DNA of 64,000 nucleotides from contig CAVQJC010000012.1 in NCBI GenBank assembly GCA_963712745.1, forward strand, positions 1 to 64,000, read 5' to 3'. Shown here piece after piece: positions 8,712 to 18,971 of this stretch. Position numbers and translations under genes: made by a program. Source of the DNA: an uncultured Chloroflexia bacterium (GTDB lineage Bacteria > Chloroflexota > Limnocylindria > Limnocylindrales > CSP1-4). The notes beneath the pieces are model-generated. The model was given only the letters and a program-made list of their open reading frames with translations, searched no databases and was not told the origin of the DNA. Position 1 is the stretch's first letter. Each line of letters starts with the position of its first letter.

Positions 8712-11358
8712 AGCGTCCCCCTCTCGCGGCGCTCGCCCTGGAAGTCGTACTCGTGGACCTCCGGCGCGCCCGGCGCCGGGTCCTCGACGCTCTCCTGGGA
8801 GGGTTCGGGTTCGTCGGGCTCGGGAGCGGCGCAGGCGGGCTCGCACCCGCGAGCGGGCTCGCCGCGCAGCACGAAGCGACGCGTGGGACGCCCGCCGCGC
8901 TTCGACGGCGGCACCTCCTCCCATGCACCCCACCCGGAATCGACGAGGTCCTGCAGGGCCTGCTCGGCGGCGGCGTTGTTCCCGCGGAAGGTGCGCGGGC
9001 CGCGAGCCAGGTCGCGCGCCGTCACCTGGCCGCCGCGTCCTCGGACCCAGTCCGAGAGCCTGCGACGTTCGCTCTCCTCGGGCGACTCCCGGAGGACCGC
9101 GTACACCCGCTCGGCCTCGGCTGCGAACCACCGGGCCAGGGCGACACCCGCGTGGACGGCATGCGCGTCGATGGTGCCCTCGGCGCTCGTCGCGTTCCCG
9201 GCGGCCTGTTGGATCAGACTCACCAGGAGGGCGAAGCGCGCGGCGTACCCCTCCGCCTTGGACCACGCGGCGGCGAGGTTCCCGTCGAGGCACTCGCCCT
9301 CTCTCGCGTGCTCGTTGAAGAACTGGATCCAGGCGGCCTTGCCGTCGGGGGTGAACACGAGGTCGACGGGCTCCACGTCGGGACCCGGCCTGTGCTTGAG
9401 GGCGATGAGCCGCTCGAGCACCCGCTCGATGCCGCCGAGAGCTTCACGGGACACCTCGGCCTCGATCCACCGGCGCGGCATGCGAGGCGGCATGTTGAGC
9501 AGGAGCCTCGCGGTGAATCCGTTGTCGAAGAAGTCGGGCGTGAGCATGCGAGAGAGCGTTCTGGGCTGGGCTCCGCCGATCACGCTGGCGGCGGCATGCT
9601 CCACCCGGATGGTGGCGCGGTCGCCCGTCTTCCGGTCCACGGTCAGCGGCCGCGATCCGCTGTGCAGCTCCAGCCACTTCGCCGCATCGCCCCCGCGGCT
9701 GCCGGCGCGGTACGCGTCGAAGCTCTTGAGCCAGGCGCTCAGCTCGTCGCGGGCCACGAGCAGCCCCCGCGGGTTGTCCTGGAGCCGATCGGCGAGGGCC
9801 TCGATCGTGATGTCGCTAACCACGTGTCGCCGGTAGGCGGGGCGCTCCGGCTGGTCGGGAGGGATGCCGTCCCCCTTGCTGCGCCGGAAGCGGAGGAGGT
9901 CGCGGTTGTAGATCTCCATCGCCCGCTCGTACTCGCGTCGGAGTTCCTCGTTCTCCTTCGCCGCCTCTGACTCGTGCCGGTGGATGAGGTCCAGCGCCTG
10001 GTCGAGGGCGGGCGACTTGAGCGAGCCGCTCTCGGCGACGATCACGCCCCAGAAGATCGGCAGTCTCGTGCCAAGGTCGGGATCCGCCACGCAGGCGCAG
10101 TCGACGCGTCGTCCCGATGGCGGCCCCGAGCACGACGAGCACGGGGAGCACGACCATGCTGGGGCAGCACCCGAGGCAATGGCAGCCTCCGTGACGTAGC
10201 GTCGAACCACGGGAGGGAGAGCGTCGAGCGGGAACGGCTGTCGGGGCGGCGGCGCGGGGCGTGCGGGCGTCTTGGCGGGATCGGTGGTGGTCGCCAGCGG
10301 CCTTGTACGCGCGGGTCACCGTGCGGGCGACGTAGTCGACGCGTTCTCCCTTCGCGCCGGGATCTCCCACCGCGGCGCGGCGGCAGCGGATCGCATCCTC
10401 CGCGACCTCGCGCGGGGTTCTCTTCCGCCCGAGCTCGAACGCGACGGCGTAGTCGGCCTCGGAGGGGTTCATGTGCGCGAGCGGCCAGAGGTCTCGCAGG
10501 CGCGGAGGGAGCACGTGGTGGTCGAACGAGGGAGCGCCGCGGGCAGGGCCCGCACCGGTGGCGGGACCCGTCGATCCATTCCGACCGGGCTCGGTGCCGT
10601 CCTGCTCGCTGAGTCGCCGCCGTGACGCACGGGAGCAGGAACATGAGCTCGGCCGGGGCGATCGATGCGAGGCCCTCGGGGCGCCCGGGGTGGAGGAGGC
10701 TCACCGCACGCCAGGCGGAGCGGTCGGCGGTCAGGGTCTTCGCCGCTTCGCCGCTCTTGCAGTTCCAGCCGCCCGGCACGCGCCACACCCGTTCGGGGCC
10801 GTGGCAGTGGTCGAGCGACACGGTGCTGCCGAAGAGCTCCCCGGCCTGCTGCTCGAGGAAGATCCGAAGCGCGCGACCGAGGATGGCGAAGTGTCGCCGT
10901 CCATCCTCCGAGGCGTCCAGGTGCTCGCCCTCCGGGAGGAGGATGTGCACGTGGATCCCGCGGCCGGAGTCGACCACGACCGACGGGCACGGGAGCGAGC
11001 CGGCGAGGATCCGGGCCTGCCGGTGACGCTCCTCGGCGGTCTCGCCCGGCATGACCTTGTCGTCCACGTCCGCCGACAGCCAGCGGCGCGCGACGACGTG
11101 CTCTGCGCCCTTGCCGCCGACGCTCCACGCCAGCGCCGTGTAGGTCTCCGCGTCATCGGCGTGCTGGGCGAGGTGATCGGCGACCTCCTCGATGTCGGAC
11201 GCTGCGCGCTCGCTCCAGCGCCCGCGACGGTCCCCGGCGCTCGGCGGACGGTTGACGGCCACGCGGACGACGGCGTCCGGGCACGGCTTCGGGCCGAGGA
11301 GCGCTTCGAGGAACGCCTGTCGTAGCGCAGCCGCATCGGTGGGGGTGGACGCGGTCAC
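8708..11358 (-). CDS. Primase (RepB/AEP-like N-terminus) fused to DUF3987/YfjI P-loop domain; split into three ORF pieces by apparent frameshifts
   Basis: N-terminus: WLSADVD, PSVVVDSGRGIHVHILL, RVWRVPGGWN (RepB primase-like). Middle: SEADY...YVARTV helical bundle. C-terminus: PFPLDALP, VAESGSLKSP, SDITIEAL, RDELSAW, GGAQP, GFTARLL (DUF3987). Confidence 0.8.
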
Positions 11359-11570
11359 GACCGCCTCCCCTTCCGGCGGCGCCGCGGCCGGACCACGCCG
11401 AGTTGGACCGTCACGCCGAGCTCGGCAAGACGGCGGCGCAACTCCTCGGCGCGCTCGTGCTCGCCACGATCCAGCGCGCCCTCGAGCAGTGCGAGGAGCA
11501 CGGCGCGGTCACCGCTGTCGAGGGACTGGGGATCCGGTTCGGGGTCGGGGTGTTTCGAGTGGGTCGTCAT
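11355..11570 (-). CDS. Small hypothetical protein heading the replication operon
   Basis: 71 aa ORF whose stop overlaps the primase GTG start. Confidence 0.6.
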   Translation of the reverse strand: MTTHSKHPDPEPDPQSLDSGDRAVLLALLEGALDRGEHERAEELRRRLAELGVTVQLGVVRPRRRRKGRRS

Positions 11571-11583
11571 GACCCACGCAACC

Positions 11584-11670
11584 CGTCAACCGGGCGTCAA
11601 CCGTCAATCAGCCCGAGAGGCCCGATTCCTGGGCTCGGTGTGCTCGAGCGTCAACCGCTCGCGTCAATCA
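11584..11670 (-). promoter_or_regulatory. Five CGTCAA[C/T] (TTGACG on minus) repeats upstream of the replication operon
   Basis: Copies start at 11584, 11595, 11602, 11649 and 11662. Confidence 0.55.
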
Positions 11671-13148
11671 TCGTCCGCCTCGGCCTCGATGTCGCCGGTC
11701 CGGGCGCTTCGATACCCGCGACGGATGCGGCCTCCGCGAGTCGCCTTCGCGTTCTTCCATACCCGCCTGAAGTGCGTCCAGTTGGCCGTTGCCTGCTTCG
11801 TGACTCCGGCGGCGCGGGCGCACTCACTGAGCGATGGCACAGCCTCTTCCTCACGGATGGCGCGCATGAGGTAGGCGATCGCCAGATCCTCGGGGCGCTG
11901 CGACTCCGGCGCTTGCTTGGCGGCGGGTTCCGGCGACGAAACCTCGCCGTGGTCCGCACGGAACTGGGCTCCCGAGGTTTCGGTTCCGTCGCCATCCCCG
12001 GGGGTGCGCCCGACACGGACGTCGCCCCCGGAGTCCTCGCCGTCTGCTGTCCGCCGGCGACGAAACCTCGGAGCGAGCCCGCAGTGAATAGGGCCTTGGA
12101 GGTTTCGGTTCCGTCGCCGCCGCATGGGGGACGCCACCGCACCCATCATCCCCGCGCACCGCGTCGATGGCGCCCCGAACCAGCCGCCGAAGCTCCTCGT
12201 CCGGCAGGACGGTGCCGTCGAGCACGGCCTCCATCACGGCGCGAAGTCCCTCGGGCCAGCGCGTCTCGGGGGAGACCACACGGAGCACGTTGTAGGCGGA
12301 TCGACCTCGCCACGGCACGGTCGGGCGATGGCCCGCGCCTCGAGCACGTCCAGCGTGGCGAGGAGGATCAGCGCGGGACCGACGATCGCTGTGGGATAGC
12401 GTCGGGCGTCGACTCGGGTCGCGGTTCGTGGACGAGTGCGGCTGCTTCGGCATCGGGACGCCGTGCGATTTCGTCCGCCATGCAGCGGCTCTCGCTCGGC
12501 GAGCATCGCGCGCGAGGAGATAGCGGCCGAGCTGCGGCGTGGCACCCCGGGCGTGCACACCGGCGAGGGCGGCGCGCAGCTCGAACCGCGCCCGATCGGT
12601 CTCCGTCGTCGCCAGCAGCGCGCGGAGGAGCGTGCGAAGTCCCGCGGCTGCAACCTCGGGCTCGGGCTGGTGTAGGGGTCGGATGCCGCAGGCGCGGAGC
12701 ACGCCTGCGAGGACTTCGAGGTCCTCGGGCGCGTCCTCACGCACGATGCCCAGGACGTAGCACCGCAGGTCCGTCCGCACTTGGGGCCAGGCGTCGCGAA
12801 GCTGGTCCAGGTCGACCTCGTAGCGCAGGCAGTCGAGCAGCGCGTGAGAGCGCTCGTCGCGCGACCGAGGCTTCCGCCACGTCGGGGATGGACTCGTCGA
12901 GTGCCGCTGCCGGCGACCGATGGCCGCGAGGACACCGTCGGTCCACGCGCGGTTCCGGCTGTCGAGGTCGCGCGCCACGGCCACGTCCTCGCGCACGAGT
13001 CGCAGATCGAGGGGGGACGGACGGCCACCGCTGCGGTCGAGCAGCCCCTCGACCGCGTGCACCAGGCGCTCGAGGTGTCCGACCGCTTCCGGACCCGGCG
13101 TCGGGGGACCGGCGGCGTGCTCGTCTCGGGAGTGCGGGCTTCTCGTGA
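11664..13148 (-). CDS. Hypothetical regulator with C-terminal HTH; probably frameshifted, boundaries uncertain
   Basis: The C-terminal piece PSLSECARAAGVTKQATANW is HTH-like. Protein-like stretches further upstream alternate between minus-strand frames. Confidence 0.4.
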
Positions 13149-13348
13149 CCACGGCTCGTCCGTTTGGCCCGCCCGCGAGGGATGTGCGGCGGGTCCGTGG
13201 CTGGACGAGCGAGGGCCGACCGCGGGGGATCAGTCCCGCGGCTGGACCCGCCGACGCAATGGTCGTCGGTGTCACCGACAGCGGGTGGCGACGGAACCGA
13301 AACCCAGCGGGGGCCATTACTTCAGGTCGAGGTCGAGGTTTCGTCGCC
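11932..13348. repeat. Three copies of a ~62 bp bipartite element GGCGACGAAACCTCG-N~28-GGTTTCGGTTCCGTCGCC (two direct, one inverted)
   Basis: Copies at 11932-11993 (+), 12056-12118 (+) and 13287-13348 (-); arms near-identical, middles different. Confidence 0.85.
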
Positions 13349-13563
13349 CGGCCCCCCGGGGCGGGGCGGCGGGAGGGGGGGGATCTCGACTCAAGGTCGG
13401 GTCGGCCCTAGAGCGGGCGCGTGGGAGCGCCGTCTTTCTCACGGGTTTCCACCTTCTCTGCACAGGCCCCGTCAGCCGCAGAGCCCTGTTCCATGCGGGT
13501 CACCCCTCCCTAAGGGGGCCATAGGACTATGCGATTCCGGTCACGCGCCGCGGGGCCGGCGGC

Positions 13564-13607
13564 CTGTCCATTCCCTGTCCATTCTCCGTCCACGCGCTGT
13601 CCACCGA
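13564..13607 (+). repeat. Four 11-bp phased repeats (core C[T/C]GTCCA)
   Basis: ctgtccattcc / ctgtccattct / ccgtccacgcg / ctgtccaccga. Confidence 0.65.
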
Positions 13608-13977
13608 CGGCGCGATGTCAGCGCACGGGACACGTCGTCGGCGGGCACCGGCACCTCGAGGGGTTGACACATGGGTGGCACGTCGCAGCTCGATGCCGCC
13701 CCTGTCGACCGCAGGAGCGCGAGGCCAACCGGCGGCGGCCAATGGAGGCTCTGGTTCCTGCACCCCGCGCTGTGCGGAGGGTCGAACCGGCGCGAAGGAT
13801 GACGAGACGCGGTCCCATGCCGTCGCCCGCGGCATGCGGTGCACCTCCGATCGGGAAGGCCTTCGCCCCCGCGCAATCGCACAGGAGTCGTTCACGGGCC
13901 GAGCGGGCCCCGTTGATCGCGATCTCCGTCACCCAGTGGCCCTCGCCCGTTGGCACAATGGCGTTGAGGTGCTTCGC

Positions 13978-14640
13978 ATGGTGGGAGACCGCGGTTGTGT
14001 GGTTGGAGGCCGGTCTCCAAACCAGGCTCGCCTGGATGAAGGGGAGTGGGCAGCGCTCGATCGGTGGGCGGACTTCGTCGCGAGGCGGTTGGCCACGCAC
14101 TCCGGGTTCGATGAGCACGTGGCGAGGGACGTCAAGCAGGCTGCGCTCCTGAATCTGCTGCGAGGCCGCGAGGACCAGGGGCTCAGGATCCGGAGCACCA
14201 AGGCCTGGGTCCGGTGCGTGATGAAACGCGGCTTCCACGACATCCACCGCGGCCGGCCCGGCGCCTGCGGGCCCGCGCGGTGCCCACAAGTCACCGACCT
14301 GGACGATCTGCCATCGCCGGGCGCAGACGGGCCAGAGGCCCGGGCGACGCGGCGCGACCTCATGGAGGAGGCCCAACGCCTGCTCGGCAGCCTCCCACCT
14401 CCTCACCGCGAGATCGCCTGTCTGCGGTTTCGAGAGGATTGGTCGCGCCGCGAGGTCATCGCGTGGCTGCGTCTGTGGCGCCCCGTTGGCGAGGAGTGCG
14501 CCCGCAAGTTGTTGCGTCAGACGAACCGCATGCTCTGGGCCCTGGGTCATGGTGTAGACGTCCGAGGGCGTTGGCCGGGTCGGTTTTCGGCGAAGAGAAA
14601 CCGGTTTCTGCGTACCCCTCCCCCGCCGTTGCGCGACTAG
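13978..14640 (+). CDS. ECF sigma-70-like factor
   Basis: Region-2-like ARDVKQAALLNL...KAWVRCVMKRGFHDIHR and region-4-like LGSLPPPHREIACLRFREDWSRREV; start uncertain. Confidence 0.65.
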   Translation: MVGDRGCVVGGRSPNQARLDEGEWAALDRWADFVARRLATHSGFDEHVARDVKQAALLNLLRGREDQGLRIRSTKAWVRCVMKRGFHDIHRGRPGACGPARCPQVTDLDDLPSPGADGPEARATRRDLMEEAQRLLGSLPPPHREIACLRFREDWSRREVIAWLRLWRPVGEECARKLLRQTNRMLWALGHGVDVRGRWPGRFSAKRNRFLRTPPPPLRD

Positions 14641-14736
14641 GGCTGTAGGGGCGCCGCGCAACGAGGAACGCAATCCTCGGAAGCCGGCCCGCCGGGCGGC
14701 ACTCCACCCCGGTGGGCTCCGGACCCGGAGGACAGG

Positions 14737-15063
14737 ATGGAGATCCGTTCCCAGTTCGAGACCCCGGGCCAGCCCGAGGAGGGCGGGAGCCGGCCCAAGC
14801 CTGCTGCCCGGACCGAGGCTGGTGCCACGCGTCCCGCCGTGCTGCGCATCGACGTTCGCAGCGCCGTGACGGGCGAGACCTGCACGGTCGACTTGCAGCT
14901 CGGCAGCGAGGACGAGAAGGACTGGGTGGCGCTCCAGAGCGCGGAGATCGACCCCACCATCCGCCAGGTCAGATGGCCGGTCCCACCCGTTCCGGCCCGG
15001 CGACTGCGGCTCCAGCTCGAGCCGCACGGCGACACGGAGATCCGCCCGTGGCTCGAGTCGTGA
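14737..15063 (+). CDS. Hypothetical protein, 108 aa
   Basis: GGAGG RBS; beta-rich C-terminal part (LRIDVRS..., VDLQLGSED..DWVAL, RRLRLQL), loosely like the downstream paralogs. Confidence 0.6.
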   Translation: MEIRSQFETPGQPEEGGSRPKPAARTEAGATRPAVLRIDVRSAVTGETCTVDLQLGSEDEKDWVALQSAEIDPTIRQVRWPVPPVPARRLRLQLEPHGDTEIRPWLES

Positions 15064-15104
15064 TCCGTCTGGCGCGCACCGGCATCCGTCTGGCGCGCAC
15101 CGGC
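15063..15104 (+). repeat. Perfect 21-bp tandem duplication ATCCGTCTGGCGCGCACCGGC
   Basis: Two exact adjacent copies upstream of the paralog cluster. Confidence 0.85.
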
Positions 15105-15214
15105 TCGCTGCACCCGGGGACAACATCCCTGGCGGCGACCCATCCTCGGCCTCGGCGCCACCGGGCGATCGACGGCGGACCCGGGTACGTCATCTCCGAT
15201 CGGACCGGTGCCCG

Positions 15215-15649
15215 ATGAGAGTGGCCAGCCGAGCCCAGCACGGCGTCCTGATCGCCTCGGCATCCGCCACGGCGCTGCAGTCCTCGGCGCCGACCCCCGG
15301 CCTCATCCCGCTCCTGAAGAGCCTCCCCTACGCGGCCGACGTGAACCAGCCGTTCCGCACCGACTGGGTCGCCTGCGATCCCCAGCACGAGAACGCGACC
15401 ATCCACGTCCACTGCCAGACGCTCTCGCCGGCCACCCTCGCCTTCGGGATCGGTGTCAAGATCCACAGCTCCTTCGACACCGTCGAGGCCTATCAGGTCG
15501 GTAGCAACATTGGCGTGACCGGCGTGGGCAGCTACAGCACCGCCATCACGGCCGACCTCGGCCCGTGGCTGCGCGTCGAACTCATCAACGGCGAGGTCGT
15601 GCCGCTCTACGCCGTCCTCAGCGTCTGGCTCCAACCCAAGAGCAACTGA
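15215..15649 (+). CDS. Paralog 1 of the IHVHCQT family (has N-terminal extension)
   Basis: TDW, NATIHVHCQTLSP, SSFDTVE, DLGPWLRVEL, LSVWLQPKSN. Confidence 0.85.
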   Translation: MRVASRAQHGVLIASASATALQSSAPTPGLIPLLKSLPYAADVNQPFRTDWVACDPQHENATIHVHCQTLSPATLAFGIGVKIHSSFDTVEAYQVGSNIGVTGVGSYSTAITADLGPWLRVELINGEVVPLYAVLSVWLQPKSN

Positions 15650-15667
15650 ATCAGGAGGAGAACTGCA

Positions 15668-16018
15668 ATGGGACCGCTCGTTCTTGCGAAGAACTTCACG
15701 ATCGCCATGGGCGTCGGCCAGACTTTCGTCGGCGATTGGATCGGGATGGACAGCCAGTTCCAGAACGGCACCATCCACGTCCACTGCCAGACGGTCACCC
15801 CGACGGCCGGAGGGGGCATCGACGTCCAGGTCGAGACCTCCTACGACACGGTGGAGGCCAACCAGATCGGGGCCACCGTCACCGTCAACTCGACCGGGAG
15901 CCAGAGCCAGGGAATCACTCAGGACATCGCCGCGATGGTGCGCCTGAAGCTGGTGAACTCCCAGGGTGCGGACATCTGGGCGACCTTGAGCGTCTGGCTC
16001 CAGCCCAAGAGCACGTAG
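15668..16018 (+). CDS. Paralog 2 of the IHVHCQT family
   Basis: AGGAGG RBS; MGPLVLAKNF, GDW, NGTIHVHCQTVTP, TSYDTVE, MVRLKL, LSVWLQPKST. Confidence 0.9.
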   Translation: MGPLVLAKNFTIAMGVGQTFVGDWIGMDSQFQNGTIHVHCQTVTPTAGGGIDVQVETSYDTVEANQIGATVTVNSTGSQSQGITQDIAAMVRLKLVNSQGADIWATLSVWLQPKST

Positions 16019-16046
16019 CGCCTTTGGCGGGGAAGGGCTGTGCGCG

Positions 16047-16409
16047 ATGGGGGCGATCCTCCTGGCCAAGAACTTCTCGTTCGTGGCGGCCTCGGGCCAG
16101 TTCGTCTACGGGGACTGGGTCGAGGTCGACAGCCGATGGCTGCAGGGGAACATCCACGTCCACTGCCAGACGCTGTCGCCGCCGGGCGCGGGCAACGTGC
16201 TCGCGGTCGGCGTCCAGACCTCGGCCGACGGCGTCGAGAGCAACGAGACCGTGTCGCCGATCAACGTCAATCAGCCAGGCTCGTACGACCAGCCGATTCC
16301 GGGGCCGGGCGCGAGCATCGAGCGATTGGTGCGTCTCAAGCTCCAGGACAACACCGGCTCGTTCGTGATGGGCATCCTGAGCGTCTGGCTGGATCTCGAG
16401 ACCGCGTAG
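16047..16409 (+). CDS. Paralog 3 of the IHVHCQT family
   Basis: MGAILLAKNF, GDW, GNIHVHCQTLSP, TSADGVE, LVRLKL, LSVWLDLETA. Confidence 0.9.
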   Translation: MGAILLAKNFSFVAASGQFVYGDWVEVDSRWLQGNIHVHCQTLSPPGAGNVLAVGVQTSADGVESNETVSPINVNQPGSYDQPIPGPGASIERLVRLKLQDNTGSFVMGILSVWLDLETA

Positions 16410-16437
16410 TACTGCGGAAGGGAAGGACAGGCAGCCG

Positions 16438-16791
16438 ATGGGTCCGCTGGTCCTGGCGAAGAACTTCCTGATGGTGGCGCACCAGGGGCAGCGGTTCCTG
16501 GGCGACTGGACGCCCATGGACAGCGAGTTCCAGAACGCCGAGATCCACGTGCACTGCCAGACGATCTCGCCCACGGGCCTGGGCAGCGGATTCACCACGT
16601 CGGTGGAGAGCTCGTTCGACAGGGTAGAGAACTACCAGCTCGGCGGGGCGCTCGCGGTCAATGCGCCGTTCAGTCAGACCGCGCCGGTGACGTCCGACAT
16701 CGGACCCTGGGTCCGGCTGCGCATCGAGAACGTGGAGGCGGTTCCGGTGGTCGGGATCCTCAGTGTCTGGCTGCAGGCGAAGAGCACATGA
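16438..16791 (+). CDS. Paralog 4 of the IHVHCQT family
   Basis: MGPLVLAKNF, GDW, NAEIHVHCQTISP, SSFDRVE, DIGPWVRLRI, LSVWLQAKST. Confidence 0.9.
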   Translation: MGPLVLAKNFLMVAHQGQRFLGDWTPMDSEFQNAEIHVHCQTISPTGLGSGFTTSVESSFDRVENYQLGGALAVNAPFSQTAPVTSDIGPWVRLRIENVEAVPVVGILSVWLQAKST

Positions 16792-16951
16792 TGCGCTTGA
16801 ATACAGGTAGGAACGATGCATGGGGCCGCTCACAGGATGGAAGTGCGCGCCATCAGTGCCAGCCTTGCCTAGTTCTGCTCCGACGCCTGCAACGGGCACA
16901 TTGTCTGCCGCCCAAGGTCGTGCATTGTTCTGCTGCGCAGAGCGTCGAGGA

Positions 16952-18202
16952 ATGACGAGAAGGGAGCATGGAGTGAGCTGCAAATGCCGGAGTGGATGTC
17001 TACATCGCGCCGAGCCTGAGCGAAAACTAGAGGGTCCGTCGAACTACGCCGCACGGTCCTCCACGCCTGTCCTGGGGCAATTCGTGGACCAGTCCGCCTA
17101 TGCGACGCTCTCTCAGCGCTCCACGGACACACCGGCAACTGTTCTACCTGCAGGTGCCTCTTGCGGTAGTCCGGCGGCGCCTGGAGTCCAGCCGCGGTTC
17201 CGGCCCCTCGTTGCGCCAACTCTGGGATCCGTGTGGGCCCCAGAAGGAGGTGTTGGCCACCTCGTCTACGGCGCGGGCCTGCCGCCTGCGACCTTTCGTG
17301 CGTCCGATGATGGCGATGACGGAGTCAATGGGGGAAGTGGGATAGGTGCGGGCAGTGAGAATGGTGGGGGCGAGCCGCCGGCTCCCGTGATACGCAAGAG
17401 CACCAGCGTTGCGCCGGCTCCGCCCATCTGCTGTCCGAAGCTTTATTACCCCCTCAATCTAGATGGCCCAACGGTAGGCAAGAAGGGGGCCGCGCGCCTG
17501 CCTCAGTATAAGAGGCCCCTACACAAGAAGTTCCCCCACTGTAGGGAAATCAGCTTCAGCTTCTCGTGGAAGGCCAAGTTCGATCCCGCGCCGTCGCCCT
17601 GTCGTTGCTCCTGCTGTGAATTCCGCCAGATACTCCTCAAGAACGACGTGACTTTGGAGCAACAGGGACTGGGAAGTGGCAGTGGCAGCGGCGGGGAGAG
17701 TTGGAATCGCACATACCCAGATCCCGGAGCTGGCAAGGAGGACTGTCGCTGGACCTATCAGATCCACGAACTCAGGCCACCACACATGCCGATCAAGGAT
17801 GCCACATATGTGAGGTTTGGAGGGCCGGACAGAGAGCCGGGTCCCTACTCTCCCCCCCCGCCATCGACGTTGCTCAAGGGACCCGAGTGCTATGGACATC
17901 GAAGGAAGGGAGCTGACGGAACGGGGCCCGATCCCGATCCTGGCTACCCGGCGGGTGATGACTGCCTGTACAGTGGAAAGGACACTCCCACGGTCATCAT
18001 TCCCCCGAAGTGCACCTTCACCTGGATCTGGAAAGCAAAGGCGTTCATTCTTGACACGTGCTCTGGTGGTGAACATGAGGTGCGCTTCCTTGACGTCAAG
18101 GTGACGGGCGAGACGGACTCAACGGGCGGCGTGGACAATCTGCACCTCACGCAAACTGTGACACAGTACCACAGTAGGCCTGCATACCCTGGTGAACGAT
18201 GA
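16952..18202 (+). CDS. Cys-rich effector-like protein (N-terminal CxCxxxC, Gly/Pro linker, C-terminal globular domain)
   Basis: GAGG RBS before ATG 16952 (ORF open from 16820); SCKCRSGC; C-terminal CRCSCCEFRQ...YGHR...YSGKDTP; codon usage less GC3-biased than the paralogs. Confidence 0.7.
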   Translation: MTRREHGVSCKCRSGCLHRAEPERKLEGPSNYAARSSTPVLGQFVDQSAYATLSQRSTDTPATVLPAGASCGSPAAPGVQPRFRPLVAPTLGSVWAPEGGVGHLVYGAGLPPATFRASDDGDDGVNGGSGIGAGSENGGGEPPAPVIRKSTSVAPAPPICCPKLYYPLNLDGPTVGKKGAARLPQYKRPLHKKFPHCREISFSFSWKAKFDPAPSPCRCSCCEFRQILLKNDVTLEQQGLGSGSGSGGESWNRTYPDPGAGKEDCRWTYQIHELRPPHMPIKDATYVRFGGPDREPGPYSPPPPSTLLKGPECYGHRRKGADGTGPDPDPGYPAGDDCLYSGKDTPTVIIPPKCTFTWIWKAKAFILDTCSGGEHEVRFLDVKVTGETDSTGGVDNLHLTQTVTQYHSRPAYPGER

Positions 18203-18807
18203 CGCTTTCAAGCGAATTGCGGCTTCCTCCCATTCGAGAACTGGGCGGATCGCCATCTTGGTCGACCGGGGCCTGTCGACTCGCACTGACGCTGCTCGCG
18301 ATGGCCTTCAGTGCTGGCGCCTGCGGAGCGGAGAAGCCGAGCGCGAAGACTGCAACAGGCAGGAGCGCGATGCTCTCCACTACGGAGTGCTACTCGTGGA
18401 GCCGAAGAGGACTGCATCGCAACCAAGGGCCTGACACCCAGGGTGTTGATATTGCTCTGCACGCGAGCGGACAGTACGAGGCAGCGATCCACAGTCTGAT
18501 GCTCGAGTCACTTTATGAATCCGGCAGGTGGACCTCCGAACGTGGGAGAGTTCTGTTTCATCCTGCCGCTGACAGTGCCTACGTCCCGGCGTACCGTAGT
18601 CTCTACGCAGTTGCATGGGAGCCTGGTGAGTCACTCGGATGGGTTGTTGATGAGACTGCGGTGAAGGATCCACGCGACGGGCAGTCGCCGACATGGGAGA
18701 CTGTCCAAGTTCAGTTCGTCAGGGCTAGCGCGACTGACTGCCACAGCGTGCAGGATGCTCTTAGGCGCGCTGTGGGTGCGAGCGGAAGCAGCGGAGAAAC
18801 CAAGTAG
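18199..18807 (+). CDS. Lipoprotein, putative immunity partner
   Basis: ATGA overlap with the upstream gene; LLAMAFSAGAC lipobox-like; IALHASGQY...ESGRWTSERGRVLF beta-barrel-like pattern. Confidence 0.6.
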   Translation: MTLSSELRLPPIRELGGSPSWSTGACRLALTLLAMAFSAGACGAEKPSAKTATGRSAMLSTTECYSWSRRGLHRNQGPDTQGVDIALHASGQYEAAIHSLMLESLYESGRWTSERGRVLFHPAADSAYVPAYRSLYAVAWEPGESLGWVVDETAVKDPRDGQSPTWETVQVQFVRASATDCHSVQDALRRAVGASGSSGETK

Positions 18808-18851
18808 CTCGACCTCGTAGGTCGAGAGGATCGACGGGAGGATCAGGTGTT

Positions 18852-18956
18852 GGTGACAACCGACATCGGACCCTGGGTCCGGCTGTGCTCGAGAACACGG
18901 AGGCATTCCCGGTGGTCGGGATCCTCAGTGTCTGGCTGCAACTGAGGAGAACCTAG
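18852..18956 (+). pseudogene. Decayed direct copy of the 3' end of paralog 4 (16686-16791)
   Basis: GGTGACnnCCGACATCGGACCCTGGGTCCGGCTG...CCGGTGGTCGGGATCCTCAGTGTCTGGCTGCA is shared. It reads VVGILSVWLQLRRT* versus VVGILSVWLQAKST*. Confidence 0.9.
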
Positions 18957-18971
18957 GGCAGAGGAGGAAGT

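Noticed and set aside
16686-18956. Paired repeats as a diversity-generating retroelement TR/VR
   Set aside because: No reverse transcriptase in the window, and the differences include indels and are not adenine-specific.
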